A DNA stretch of 47,540 bases, taken from contig JWZX01003186.1 of the NCBI GenBank assembly GCA_001275005.1, positions 1 through 47,540 on the forward strand, given 5' to 3'. The DNA is from Chrysochromulina tobinii. Taxonomy: Eukaryota. Shown piece by piece: positions 13,801 to 19,424 of this stretch. The notes beneath the pieces are model-generated. The model was not told where the DNA came from. It ran no database searches and saw only the letters and a list, made by a program, of their open reading frames with translations. A program made the position numbers and the translations under genes. Positions within the stretch are counted from its first letter, which is position 1, and each line of letters opens with the position of its first letter.

Positions 13801-15184
13801 GCGTGTTCGCGTAGAATGAGTACTTGACCTCGTTGATGGTGTACGCGTCGCCGCCGAGGGACACGCGCACGGTGACGTCGAGCGCGCCAAACTTGGTGAA
13901 GTCGGGTGACTTGCACTGCAGCTCCGTCTCGGAGATCCACACGCCACCCACGGTGGCCTCAGCCTTCTTTTGGTCGGTGAACCGCACCGAGACGAGCGTC
14001 GTCTGCTTGAAGCGCAGGCCGTACAGCGTAATCGGCGTGCCGCCGGTCTGCGGGCCCGTGTCGGGCGTCATCGACTGCAGCGCATAGGGCGGGCCGACGA
14101 CGCCCGCCACGTTGAGGATCAACAGGTCGTTCCACCAGCGCTGGCGCCAGCCGCCGAAGAAGATGAGGTTGCCGTTGGCCAGGTCGTACGCGCAGCCCGT
14201 GTCCTCGCGTGGGCTCGGCGACGTGCCCGCGAGCGTGAACTTGGTGTCCCACTCCATGTTGGTCGAGTCCATGCAAGAGACGAGGTTGGAGAACTCGCGC
14301 GGGCTCGTCTGCCCACCGAAGACGAAGAGCCTGTCCGAGGGGACGCTCTCGATGTTGATGGCCATGTGGTTCCACAGCTTGGTGGGCAGCTTGGGCCACA
14401 CGATCGGGTTCTCGTCCTCGGGGTTATATGCGTCGGGCAGGACCCACTCATTCTTAACGTAGTCATAGCAGTGGACGTCGTCGTAGAAGCCGGGGTCCGT
14501 CTTGCCCTCAGACCAGCCGCGGCCGCCTGAGACGATCAGGATGGGGCCGCGGGTGCACGTGCAGTGGTCCGAGCGTGGCTTGGGCGCAGGACCGCGGGTG
14601 TTCCCTACTTTGACCCAGGTCCACGAGTCGAGCTCGAGGAAGTGCACGTCCATGTAAAAGTCACGCGTCGTGCCCGGGCCGCCGTAGCCGCCGACCACGG
14701 CCACCTTCGACTTCTCAGGCTCGCGGATGTCTTCGACCTCGGTGGCCGGGAATGTGACCAGGTTCGCGGTGTGGTGCGAGCGCGGGCACGGGGGCGTGCC
14801 GGCGCACTCCTTGATGTTCCACTCCATCTTCGCGACCGAGAGCACGTACGAGTCGTTGAAGCGCATCCCTTTGTTGAGGCCGCCGAAGACGAGCACGGTA
14901 TCATCGCCTGGGAGCAGCGTCGCCGTGTGGCGCCAGCGGGGCGTCGGCTCATCGCCCATGGCCTCGACGAGCGTCCACGAGTAGACATCGCCACCGAGGC
15001 CGAGCTCCCACGTCTCATTGAAGATCTGGACGGTGTTTCCATCTTTGGCGACGCCGCAGCCACCAAAGATGATGGCCTTGTTGCCACTCACTGTGATACT
15101 GTGCCCCGAGCGTGCGGACGGCCCGTCTCCTTTGGTAGTTACCGGCTGCCAGGCGATTTCCCCCAACTTCTTGGCGGTTGCCAT
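1865..15184 (-). CDS. ODA11: Axonemal outer-arm dynein heavy chain, alpha type (kelch repeats + IPT/TIG + filamin-like Ig N-terminus, AAA ring, stalk), 4439 aa, intronless
   Basis: N-terminal kelch repeats (PSARSGHS..IIFGG, PTPRWRHTA..VFGG, PKPRSDH..VSGG); IPT-like PDTGPQTGGTPITLYG; filamin-like FGPGL...DLKNGRYEISY. P-loops GPAGTGKT, GLSGSNKS, GSAGCGKT, GVGGMGKQ; motifs CFDEFNR, WPLMIDPQLQG, LQNVHLM, YGGHITD. The architecture matches the Chlamydomonas alpha heavy chain. Confidence 0.93.
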   Translation of the reverse strand: MATAKKLGEIAWQPVTTKGDGPSARSGHSITVSGNKAIIFGGCGVAKDGNTVQIFNETWELGLGGDVYSWTLVEAMGDEPTPRWRHTATLLPGDDTVLVFGGLNKGMRFNDSYVLSVAKMEWNIKECAGTPPCPRSHHTANLVTFPATEVEDIREPEKSKVAVVGGYGGPGTTRDFYMDVHFLELDSWTWVKVGNTRGPAPKPRSDHCTCTRGPILIVSGGRGWSEGKTDPGFYDDVHCYDYVKNEWVLPDAYNPEDENPIVWPKLPTKLWNHMAINIESVPSDRLFVFGGQTSPREFSNLVSCMDSTNMEWDTKFTLAGTSPSPREDTGCAYDLANGNLIFFGGWRQRWWNDLLILNVAGVVGPPYALQSMTPDTGPQTGGTPITLYGLRFKQTTLVSVRFTDQKKAEATVGGVWISETELQCKSPDFTKFGALDVTVRVSLGGDAYTINEVKYSFYANTQAKRCIAFGPGLLQNNPAGQPVKFIMQAKDIGGKLRSTGNDLINLTIKGPNKDVPLEETPFGNGNIVDLKNGRYEISYYVPTPGKYQVTLGVDENPYDDVVDFSPVRGFTMNINFEGCWRSVMVSGTPAKLRDYVRIFTDGAKIYVVVKDIAKDPGFPDLDTDKKLGFEAPPPTEAPAEGEAEAEPPADEEPAAEEEAPPPEAPPPEAAPPPAEGGADAPPPPEVIPDMIYTLDPATGAWSSALLEQSEVKEMDLFARRTAYIETLNKMGVPSKLARAMFRPKTMLEDWSIEGVGGDAPTARFGWKLEIIKDKLYIYGGSTDPTAKDVTYYDDIYSLDMKAKLWTRIYRCGIDSTLAKARHNIIVGMEMPVVVSMAMGPAGGMLEVVDKLDIAPMLNPKKGDFKDTMTEYVKQSLEDLGKEMIKTNQNLNKGATLQPGDIRQLKDVMSALKVIKDRGVDIQFLLDQTQETINYMILHNMGKTAPIQKKLDSVQEEFNVASKAAPIVRKQIKPLQDDEAKNVMNEIAKLEEELDKHHKKLLADDVFKIDNGAEKSYAKLLEHLVLVVEREGEVSKLVDLGTLFEFPERTEKIRAEVADMRGDLLKCKSLWDLEQMVNFQLEEWKKLLWDQINGGALEEETKTFQKIVKGMDKAVRNWDVYLGIDAVIKNFLVSVPCISELKSPSMRQRHWTRLMQVTGKQIAVTDGKFDPAFCLADMLRLELYKFVDDVGEVVDQANKEDKMEQTLGKLAETWTTVKFGLETKMASGNVEVHLINLAEENFEMLEENQLVVQGMMASKYLATFEALVVGWQKKLSAVSDVLGQMSETQRKWAYLETLFIGSDEVKKELPMDAERFANVDVLFKELLLHFKKDPNCVISCAKEGLMKQLEGVAADLELCEKALSDFLDAKRAIFPRFYFASQVMLLDILSNGNRPWVVMKNINAICQGVAGVALEGTPGEERSVISFTSNEGEKCKMNNLGTLTLNGKVENYFNQLIDKMRNEMRAQLGKAIDDYYTTGKNGDDRPTWICNNHIAQLSLVTTQQQWTLCTDAALNKLMDGSDPGALKTYYAFQLEMLSGVITMVQGELQKLHRRAAMNVITLEAHSRDINYKLDVMGVDRPDHFEWLGQLKTRWEKHVGHGGQNPELDRGEAVDAVLYICDALFRYSFEYLGCAGRLVITPLTDRIYITATQSAHLILGCAPQGPAGTGKTESTKDLSAQLGKTVYVFNCGPEMDYLTMNDIFKGLASSGSWGCFDEFNRLAAEVLSVCTIQWKCCLDGMRAGGNTFRFIGVELYLHYDGCMSFITMNPGYLGRQELPESLKVLFRPVTVMVPDFQLIMENMLMSEGYTTAAELGKKFYTLYKLSGDLLGGNPSPPGKQLHYDWGLRAIGSVLKVAGAFLRAEKNMLSSVDGPTMPAHLKRDGPNGPGKKGLFPDVYEQGLLMRALRDFNLSKIAGDDAIVFMGLIKDLFGDVFDLMPRMRDYEFEKLIADTATELDTSGRLGGGGVMGSRFPPMLQPEAYFIANVVDLQDLLFLRHSVFCIGLSGSNKSMSWQTLARVWTKGGKMGKTVWKDLNPKAITPNELYGFINMATREWKDGLLSSTMRDMQNATDSNPKWLILDGDLDANWIENMNSVMDDNRLLTLASNERIRVLQNMKLIFEIRDLLFASPATVTRAGVLYISDLAQWKNYVQSWIDWWSAEEPVSVKGEARKARKAKAEELFARYCAPTLLELSLNYKHVTPLLDFGMVQAITNFLQALWTVENLGTKDAEMMEIYFVFSAVWAFGGAMSITSGVDYRKKFSQYWKDTYKTIKFPHRGEVFDVYVDKAKKDFASWSDVVPELAFDSATTKMSVVTVPTMETVAISFWLDQLLPNKFGMMLIGSAGCGKTAMINGKLRSLPDEFGSLTINISYFTNANLFSKVIEAPLEKKAGKNFGPPGNKKLIYFVDDLNMAALDNYGTASNISLMRQHAGYGHIYDLNKLTEKVLLNTQYLSAMNPTAGSFVINPRLQRLFATYAVGFPSSEALSTIYQTFLMGHLSKFTPECQEAGKPLVQAALQLHKAVMRTFRKTATNFHYEFNVRHMAGVFQGMLMGQAGQVTEPLKLAQLWLHESERVYGDRLVSTSDLKKYQDCAKEQATKFFKELSGPNLFCNPLIFCHFAQGVGDKIYDKVASFPDLSGLLNGALAEYNETNAAMNLVLFEDAMRHVCRISRIIESSGGHALMVGVGGMGKQSLARLATFVNGFSAFQVVITARYSVNDLKADLQTMYKKSGLKGEGISFIFTDQQIADERFLVFMNDLLSSGNIPGLFPAEDMDDIINNMRPVVKRAGLPDTRDNCWDAFINTVRDNLHVILCFSPIGEPIKVRTRRFPALVNCVVIDWFQPWPEEALNSVSKKFLAEVDLGSDESRNNIQNFMPYSFIAVNKISELYESQERRFNYTTPKSFLELIALYKSMLAKRRDATQANITRLTNGVIKLESTAASVAVLEENLKVKAVEVEAKKAECDAMIPKLEEEKAKAGEEASKANKIASAATIKEKEVLEMKAGIEVKLAAAEPALVAAAAALEGLNVKDLGELKALKKPPSGVEDVTAACICLLQTKDMPFKKIDTSWKAAVAMMSPPPQFLATMLGFKARIDSGELPKSNFANIQDLLKLEHFNVDIQRKKSNAAAGLTDFIININVYNDINENVEPMRLQALQATAELDTAVAAKNAALAAKATAEATVAELEAQFAAAVAEKEAVLADAERCERKLGLAQRLMAALGSEGARWKQGIIDFGIELNILVGDVLLASAFVSYIGCFNKRFRISLMQQTFLPYLKGDVASAKGGVPMSEKGMNPLSVLTTPSQVAGWNNEQLPADPVSTENGAIVTSCARWPLMIDPQLQGIKWIKKHEEKRGLKVVRLGQKTIMTVLGSCIESGSPCMIENIQLVVDAVLSPVIGRQTIKRGRNQIVKLGDKEVDYSPNFKLYLQTKLSNPHYPPEIQAETTLVNFMVTEDGLEDQLLDVAVKLERPDLAQLKADLIAQQNGFKIKLSELEAGILKQLAEAEGDVTENIELIENLEDSKATSIEVGEKIIIAKQTEVVMIEASEMYRPVANRGALMFFLLSDLFKVHTFHFYSLASFNIVFQRAIAGRKLPGDDWEDDNGDNMIMPKLKLKRLKEKEAAAAAAGDNVKDAKQLRKELDERLIYLVDNITFEVFNYSRRGLFDKHKLIVATMLLLRVLVRRNEVQGDTVDYLVSGPRVPNPPPMTAKVQEYLTIQQWAGVHALKEIEFFKSLPEDLELNVEAWREFVEHPKPESEDLPGDWLKKTSGFQKLCIIRALRTDRMTAALTNFIKTYLGDRFMIQPPFDLEDTFIDSTYQTPLFFVLFPGVDPGDEIEALGKKLGYTDLQGNFVSISMGQGQEKNGENVLDRFTREGGWAFLQNVHLMQGWLPMLERKLEIAAEIGHENFRCFVTAEPPGLPTFMLIPEGIMQSAIKVANEPPTDVQSNVRLSWAMFSQADFDKSTKPLAHRPMLFALTFFHALVLGRRKFSTMGFSRSYAFNSGDLLVCGAILQNYLEANEIATPWADVRYLVGEVMYGGHITDPYDRRIAVTYLAVLLNPNLVDEHTDFMLAPGLRPLLEGEYEDYKIYVEEASPPESPLLFGMHPNAEISLLNNLCDNLFFTILSISGGGGGGGGASKEEKVGALQTSILEGSGAITALREDFQMIAIRMLIKDKGSPYVVFVLGELERMNKILTAMRTQLVELGLGLAGALNISDAMDALITAMFMNLVPPNWLKTCGQIGPTGSYNKKSLSSWYADLTLRWLQLEIWSSAERCSGPLEEPPPSVWLGGCFNAMGFLTAMTQVTSRANGFSLDAMRVHSEVLTASLPMGGWKVESSAGIERQPEDGVFCHGYFMEGARWDVALNSVTDSFPKDLYPWMPVIHFTGIEAKNVITAGRYMCPMYTTTIRGPTHILPAPLRTNVDPNKWILASVCMLFQPD

Positions 15185-15547
15185 CTGCGCCGGGAGCGGA
15201 TTGGCGAGAGATGAGCTGGCGGGGGGTCGAGCGGGTCAAGGTATGCCGGACGTGACCGCTCGGGAACGCGTGAGTTCGAGTAGCACGCAGCGACCTCGCC
15301 GCCACTAAGCGAGGTAACTCCAGGGGTCCGTGGAACTCCTCGACAACGTCAGCAGACGGCGGCATGCTCAACGCGGCGCGAAGAAACGTCCGAGAATCTA
15401 GAAAGGGTTTACTTGTAACCGACACATACCTAGCACACGCTGGACGTACCCGCCCGAACGCGATGCGCAATTGTCTACAGGTGGTGAATGCATACAATAC
15501 GGGCCGGCTTACAATCACGGGAGCGCGGGAAGTATAGAGCAAAAAGT

Positions 15548-15618
15548 ATCAGGGTCGGGGCATAGCGGCATACTTCTAGAGAAGTGCAGCATCTTTAGAA
15601 GTATGCCCCGATCCTGAT
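15548..15618. mobile_element. Small inverted-repeat (MITE-like/hairpin) element
   Basis: The left arm ATCAGGGTCGGGGCATA...GCATACTTCTAGA matches the reverse complement of the right arm (ATCAGGATCGGGGCATACTTCTAAA). No clear long target-site duplication. Confidence 0.45.
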
Positions 15619-15910
15619 GCACCGTACACGCTTAGTATGCCTGGGGGTACCCCCCTCGCCACTTGTAGCGCTGCCTGTTGGCGGGTTTTACTTACTTTTA
15701 TCGCTAGACTTGAACTTGTTGACATGTTGATGATCAATGTACTATGTCGGAAGACGGAACGTCATATGTTCAATCGAAGGCTTGATGATGATGTTTGTCC
15801 GGCCCCGTGTGCAGCTCGCGTTACACGCCCCTGCTCGGTAAAACGTTCGACGTACTCGTACACGGGCAAAACCACAATGTGCCTAACAATGCAGGTGCAA
15901 TCTACCTGCG

Positions 15911-17044
15911 CTAGACGAAGATTGGCACGCCAATGAGCTTGCTGACCAACGTCACCACGAGAGCCGCCGGGAGAGCCGCCGCAGCGTTTCCAAGCCCCCA
16001 TGCGGCGACGATAGCCAGGGCGCGGTTGAGCACCGGCTCGCTCTCTCGCAGCGGCAGCGCTTGCCGGAGGCGCATCGTGAAGTTGCGATAGGTTGGTGTG
16101 AGCAGCAAGCCCAGCACGATGCGTGCGGGCAGCAGGGGCGCCTCGAGTACGAGGCGGATGGAGGCCAATTGGCTCATGAACGCGATCCACTGGCCCGGAG
16201 CCAGTGGGGAGAGCGCTGACCTCATGATCGTCGAGATCCTAAATGGGATGAGCGACATGCAGGCTTGGGCCAAGGCATGAGTGAGATGCAGGGGCCAAGG
16301 CATGAGTGAGATGCAGGGGTCAAGGCATGAGTGAGATGCAGGCTTTGGCATGAGGGATCGGTCGAAGCTGCGCACTCACCAGGCAGCCGCTATCGTCAAG
16401 CTGAGCTGCAGATTCGCGATGAACGAGTACGCGAGGGTCGCGACCGCCGCATACTGGACAATGGATACAATTAAGTCATCACGCTGCCCCTGACTCAAGC
16501 CAACGAATAGCCGTTTCCACAGAGCAGCAGGGAGGTCGTCAAAGTAGCGGTCGCGTACGTCTGCAAGAGCTCCGTCAGCAGCCGACAGAGCTGTGCGCGT
16601 TAGGTCGCCGAACTCGTACTCCTCGAGATCCTTTCCGGTGAAATTCGTGAATGCCTTCCGCGTAATGTCGCCGAACTTGTAATCTGACGCATCCTTTCCA
16701 GTCAGCCCCGCCACTGTGCGCTTGGTCAGATCGCCAAATTTATCTGCCACATGGATGATGCAATCGACTGTGGCTCAGCCGGCCATCAAAGGTGCAGGGT
16801 TCGATTCCAGGAGCGCACAGGTACGATCGCCCGTGATCTGCTGCATGGCACCCTCAATCGCACCCCCAAAGAACTTACTGGCCTCAGCACCCAGGCCATT
16901 GGTACTGTTGCTTGCGGAAGACGCTGAACTCCGTATCGCACGGATCCGCGGTGCTCGCGGGAACGATGACAACGCGTATGCATCGACTCGGTGCGAGCCC
17001 AGCAACACCATCATAGTTTTGATCTTGACGTTGTTGTTTATCAT
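15911..17044 (-). CDS. Hypothetical membrane protein with three Y[KE]FGD[LI]T[KR] repeats; exons ~17044-16819, 16743-16380, 16238-15911; possibly plastid-targeted
   Basis: GT-AG introns 16818-16744 (ACCT|GTGCGC...GCAG|ATAAA rebuilds TYKFGD) and 16379-16239 (TG|GTGAGT...TTTAG|G rebuilds AAAWISTIMRSALSPLAPGQW) join three ORF fragments in frame. Ser/Arg-rich N-terminus, hydrophobic C-terminus. Start codon uncertain. Confidence 0.75.
16255..16352. repeat. 25-bp minisatellite (~3-4 copies of GATGCAGGGGCCAAGGCATGAGTGA) inside an intron
   Basis: Tandem units are directly visible and lie within predicted intron 16239-16379. Confidence 0.85.
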
Positions 17045-17264
17045 GCCCTGAGCCTGCGTCCTCGTGCGAGCGCGCGCGAACTCTCGGCTGTGAACACATG
17101 TGAACAGCGCTGGTGAAACGAAAAGCGTCTCGTGCCGCGGTCGCGGTCCCCCCGCGCTCACCACACCACAGTCTCAAAGGACGGCTCCGCACCCCTCGGT
17201 CAACACAAGTACTGATACCTCGCTCATATCTTATAACGACCCGCGTAATCTAAATGTGAAAAGA

Positions 17265-18089
17265 CTAGTAAGTACGTTGTTCGCCCACCTGCGGAAAAGT
17301 GTCGTGGGGCACTACGAACTTGGCGACACAACATCGTTCGAGGCAGTCGTCCAAGAGCATGGTCAGCTCAAGCGTGGCGAGCACTGACGCGAGCTGACCG
17401 AGGCTGCCTGGGATGTTCGCTGATGGTGCTCCGCGTCTGCTGGTATCGACGATCGCGTCATTCAACAGGCCATTCAGCGCCTTGGGCTGCCATGTGACAA
17501 GCAAGGTAGCCTCAGCCCATCGCTGCCACTCGGGGTATCCATTCTCAGCTGCCAGCTCTCGCGCTCTTCGTCGCAGGAGCTCCATTCGCTCTGTATTGCC
17601 AGCCTGCCCGTACCAGAAGGCAGAATTGTGCCAGCCCGTCCCGAATTCGCCGACGTGAACAGCCTCACGGCGGTGAACGAGTGCGTGTGCATGAGTAGCC
17701 TCTGACGCCGCTTCGCTCCCATAGACGGGAGGACCTCCGAACGTCGTACCATCAGGCCAAGACAGTGGAGTCACGAGTGCGTGGCATTCGTCCGCGCCGC
17801 CTCCTGCAAGCATGAGGAGAGCCACCGCAACCTTTGCATGATCGGAGCCGCCAAGCGACTCGATGGCAGCGTTCACATCTGAAGCAATCGCCTGTGCCTC
17901 AGGCCGCAAGGGCGCGCCGCTTGATAGCCTTGCCTTTTGGAGGTGCTCTAGCGGGAGATAGAATAGAGGACGCAGCTCAGCGGCGTCAGTGGGCCAATTC
18001 TGTATCGCTAGGCGTGCCGCCGAGATTAGGGGCGGCAGACTGCGAGTCGGCACAGCACTCAGAGCCGCGGAGATCAAGGCGATGGCCAT
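17265..18089 (-). CDS. Hypothetical protein with N-terminal signal-like segment and an HxxxHRRE...N..FW motif
   Basis: Single ORF (first ATG at 18089, MAIALISAALSAVP) containing ATHAHALVHRREAVHVGEFGTGWHNSAFWYGQAG. Confidence 0.6.
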   Translation of the reverse strand: MAIALISAALSAVPTRSLPPLISAARLAIQNWPTDAAELRPLFYLPLEHLQKARLSSGAPLRPEAQAIASDVNAAIESLGGSDHAKVAVALLMLAGGGADECHALVTPLSWPDGTTFGGPPVYGSEAASEATHAHALVHRREAVHVGEFGTGWHNSAFWYGQAGNTERMELLRRRARELAAENGYPEWQRWAEATLLVTWQPKALNGLLNDAIVDTSRRGAPSANIPGSLGQLASVLATLELTMLLDDCLERCCVAKFVVPHDTFPQVGEQRTY

Positions 18090-18122
18090 TCTCACTAAAG
18101 CGCCGACTTGGGCGTGCTGCAG

Positions 18123-18195
18123 CAGTTCAGTTCAGTTCAGTTCAGTTCAGTTATTCAGTTCAGTTCAGTTCAGTTCAGTTCAGTTCAGTTCAGTT
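18123..18195. repeat. (CAGTT)n pentanucleotide microsatellite, ~14 units with one interruption
   Basis: Directly visible tandem CAGTT. Confidence 0.95.
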
Positions 18196-18411
18196 TCATT
18201 CGGAGCACATTCGATAGGCTTCCGTATGGTTGTCTGTTGTTTATGTAGTAACTGAGGCCACGGGTCGGGTGAGACGCGTTAATGAACGAATCGAAAATGA
18301 ATAGGTGAAAGCTCTCTCTACATTGGCGAAATGGCGGTTGATGAGAGGTGCGCGTAAAGCCGTGTCTTTACCGCGTAGAATCGAGACGCTCGCGTCCGCG
18401 GGTAGTGGAGC

Positions 18412-19108
18412 CTACAAACCGAGCTCCGTCGCAAGGAAGCGAGGGAAGGCCGTTTCATCCGCGGGCGGCCATGGCTCGAACGCCGGTGGCTTCTGGCCCA
18501 GGTCGCGGAGTGTCACAGCCAGCTGGCTCGGGACCGTTGAGAGCAGGTGCCGTCGCTCGTGCAGCTCGCCGGCGAGCTCCTGCTGGTGGTTGTGCATCAG
18601 AGCGTCGTTGACGACGACTACCATGATCGCACGAAGCCGCATGCCCTCGAGGATCGACCCCGCGCCCGCATGGCTGATGATCAGCGCGGCACTTCGCATG
18701 TCGTCGTCGAGAGACGGCTTGAAGCGGTACCTGGTACGAGTTATGAGAATCGAACGGCACAGTGTTGAATGATGGTGCGTCTGAGGCTGGTTGCAGGACG
18801 AGGCGCAATATCAGCGTGCTCATCGCGCACCAGTCAATCTGCAGCGGCGGCGGTGGCGATGACGGCAGTGACGGTTCCGTGCCTCGGCCGAGCTGCATCA
18901 CGAGCCTTGTGTAGCCTTGTGCGGCCAGTGTGGAGAGCACCTCGTCCGAGAGCAGCGTGGTCGTCAGCTCGTCGAACTGGGTCGTGCCAACGGTGGCGAA
19001 TACAATCCTTGGACCCGATCCACTGTTGTGAGACGTACGTTGTCCGCGCTTGGGGCTGGCACTCGCGCGCTTGGGGCTCGCACTCGTGCGCTTGGGACTC
19101 ATACGCAT
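18412..19108 (-). CDS. ALG13: UDP-N-acetylglucosamine transferase catalytic subunit ALG13; intron 18830-18731
   Basis: Motifs VFATVGTTQFDEL, LVMQLGRG, IISHAGAGSILE and VVVNDALMHNHQQELA. The splice TG|GTGCGC...CCAG|GTAC gives IDWYRFKPSL. Start is 19108 or 19102; the N-terminus has SPKR repeats. Confidence 0.9.
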
Positions 19109-19424
19109 TCGCTCGTCGGCTTTGCACACGCGATCTGTGCCCGGTACGGCGCTCCAAAAAGCAGTACGGTACAGTACCCGGTACATGTACCGCGCCACTA
19201 TGGCGACTTAGCTATTTGCCGTGCACTTCGACCGATGAACCCGCACTAATCGTCTATAAAGTCTCGGTCTCGTCTCCTGTTTCCTGACGCCCTCGCCCTT
19301 AGCCTTACAACTTGCGACCGGACGGCGCGTTGTCGACGTCGTCTCACTCGGCGCGTTCGACGCGAGCCTCAGACACAGTGACTACAACAGGCGCGCGCAC
19401 ATGCGACCTTCGACAACACGGTGC

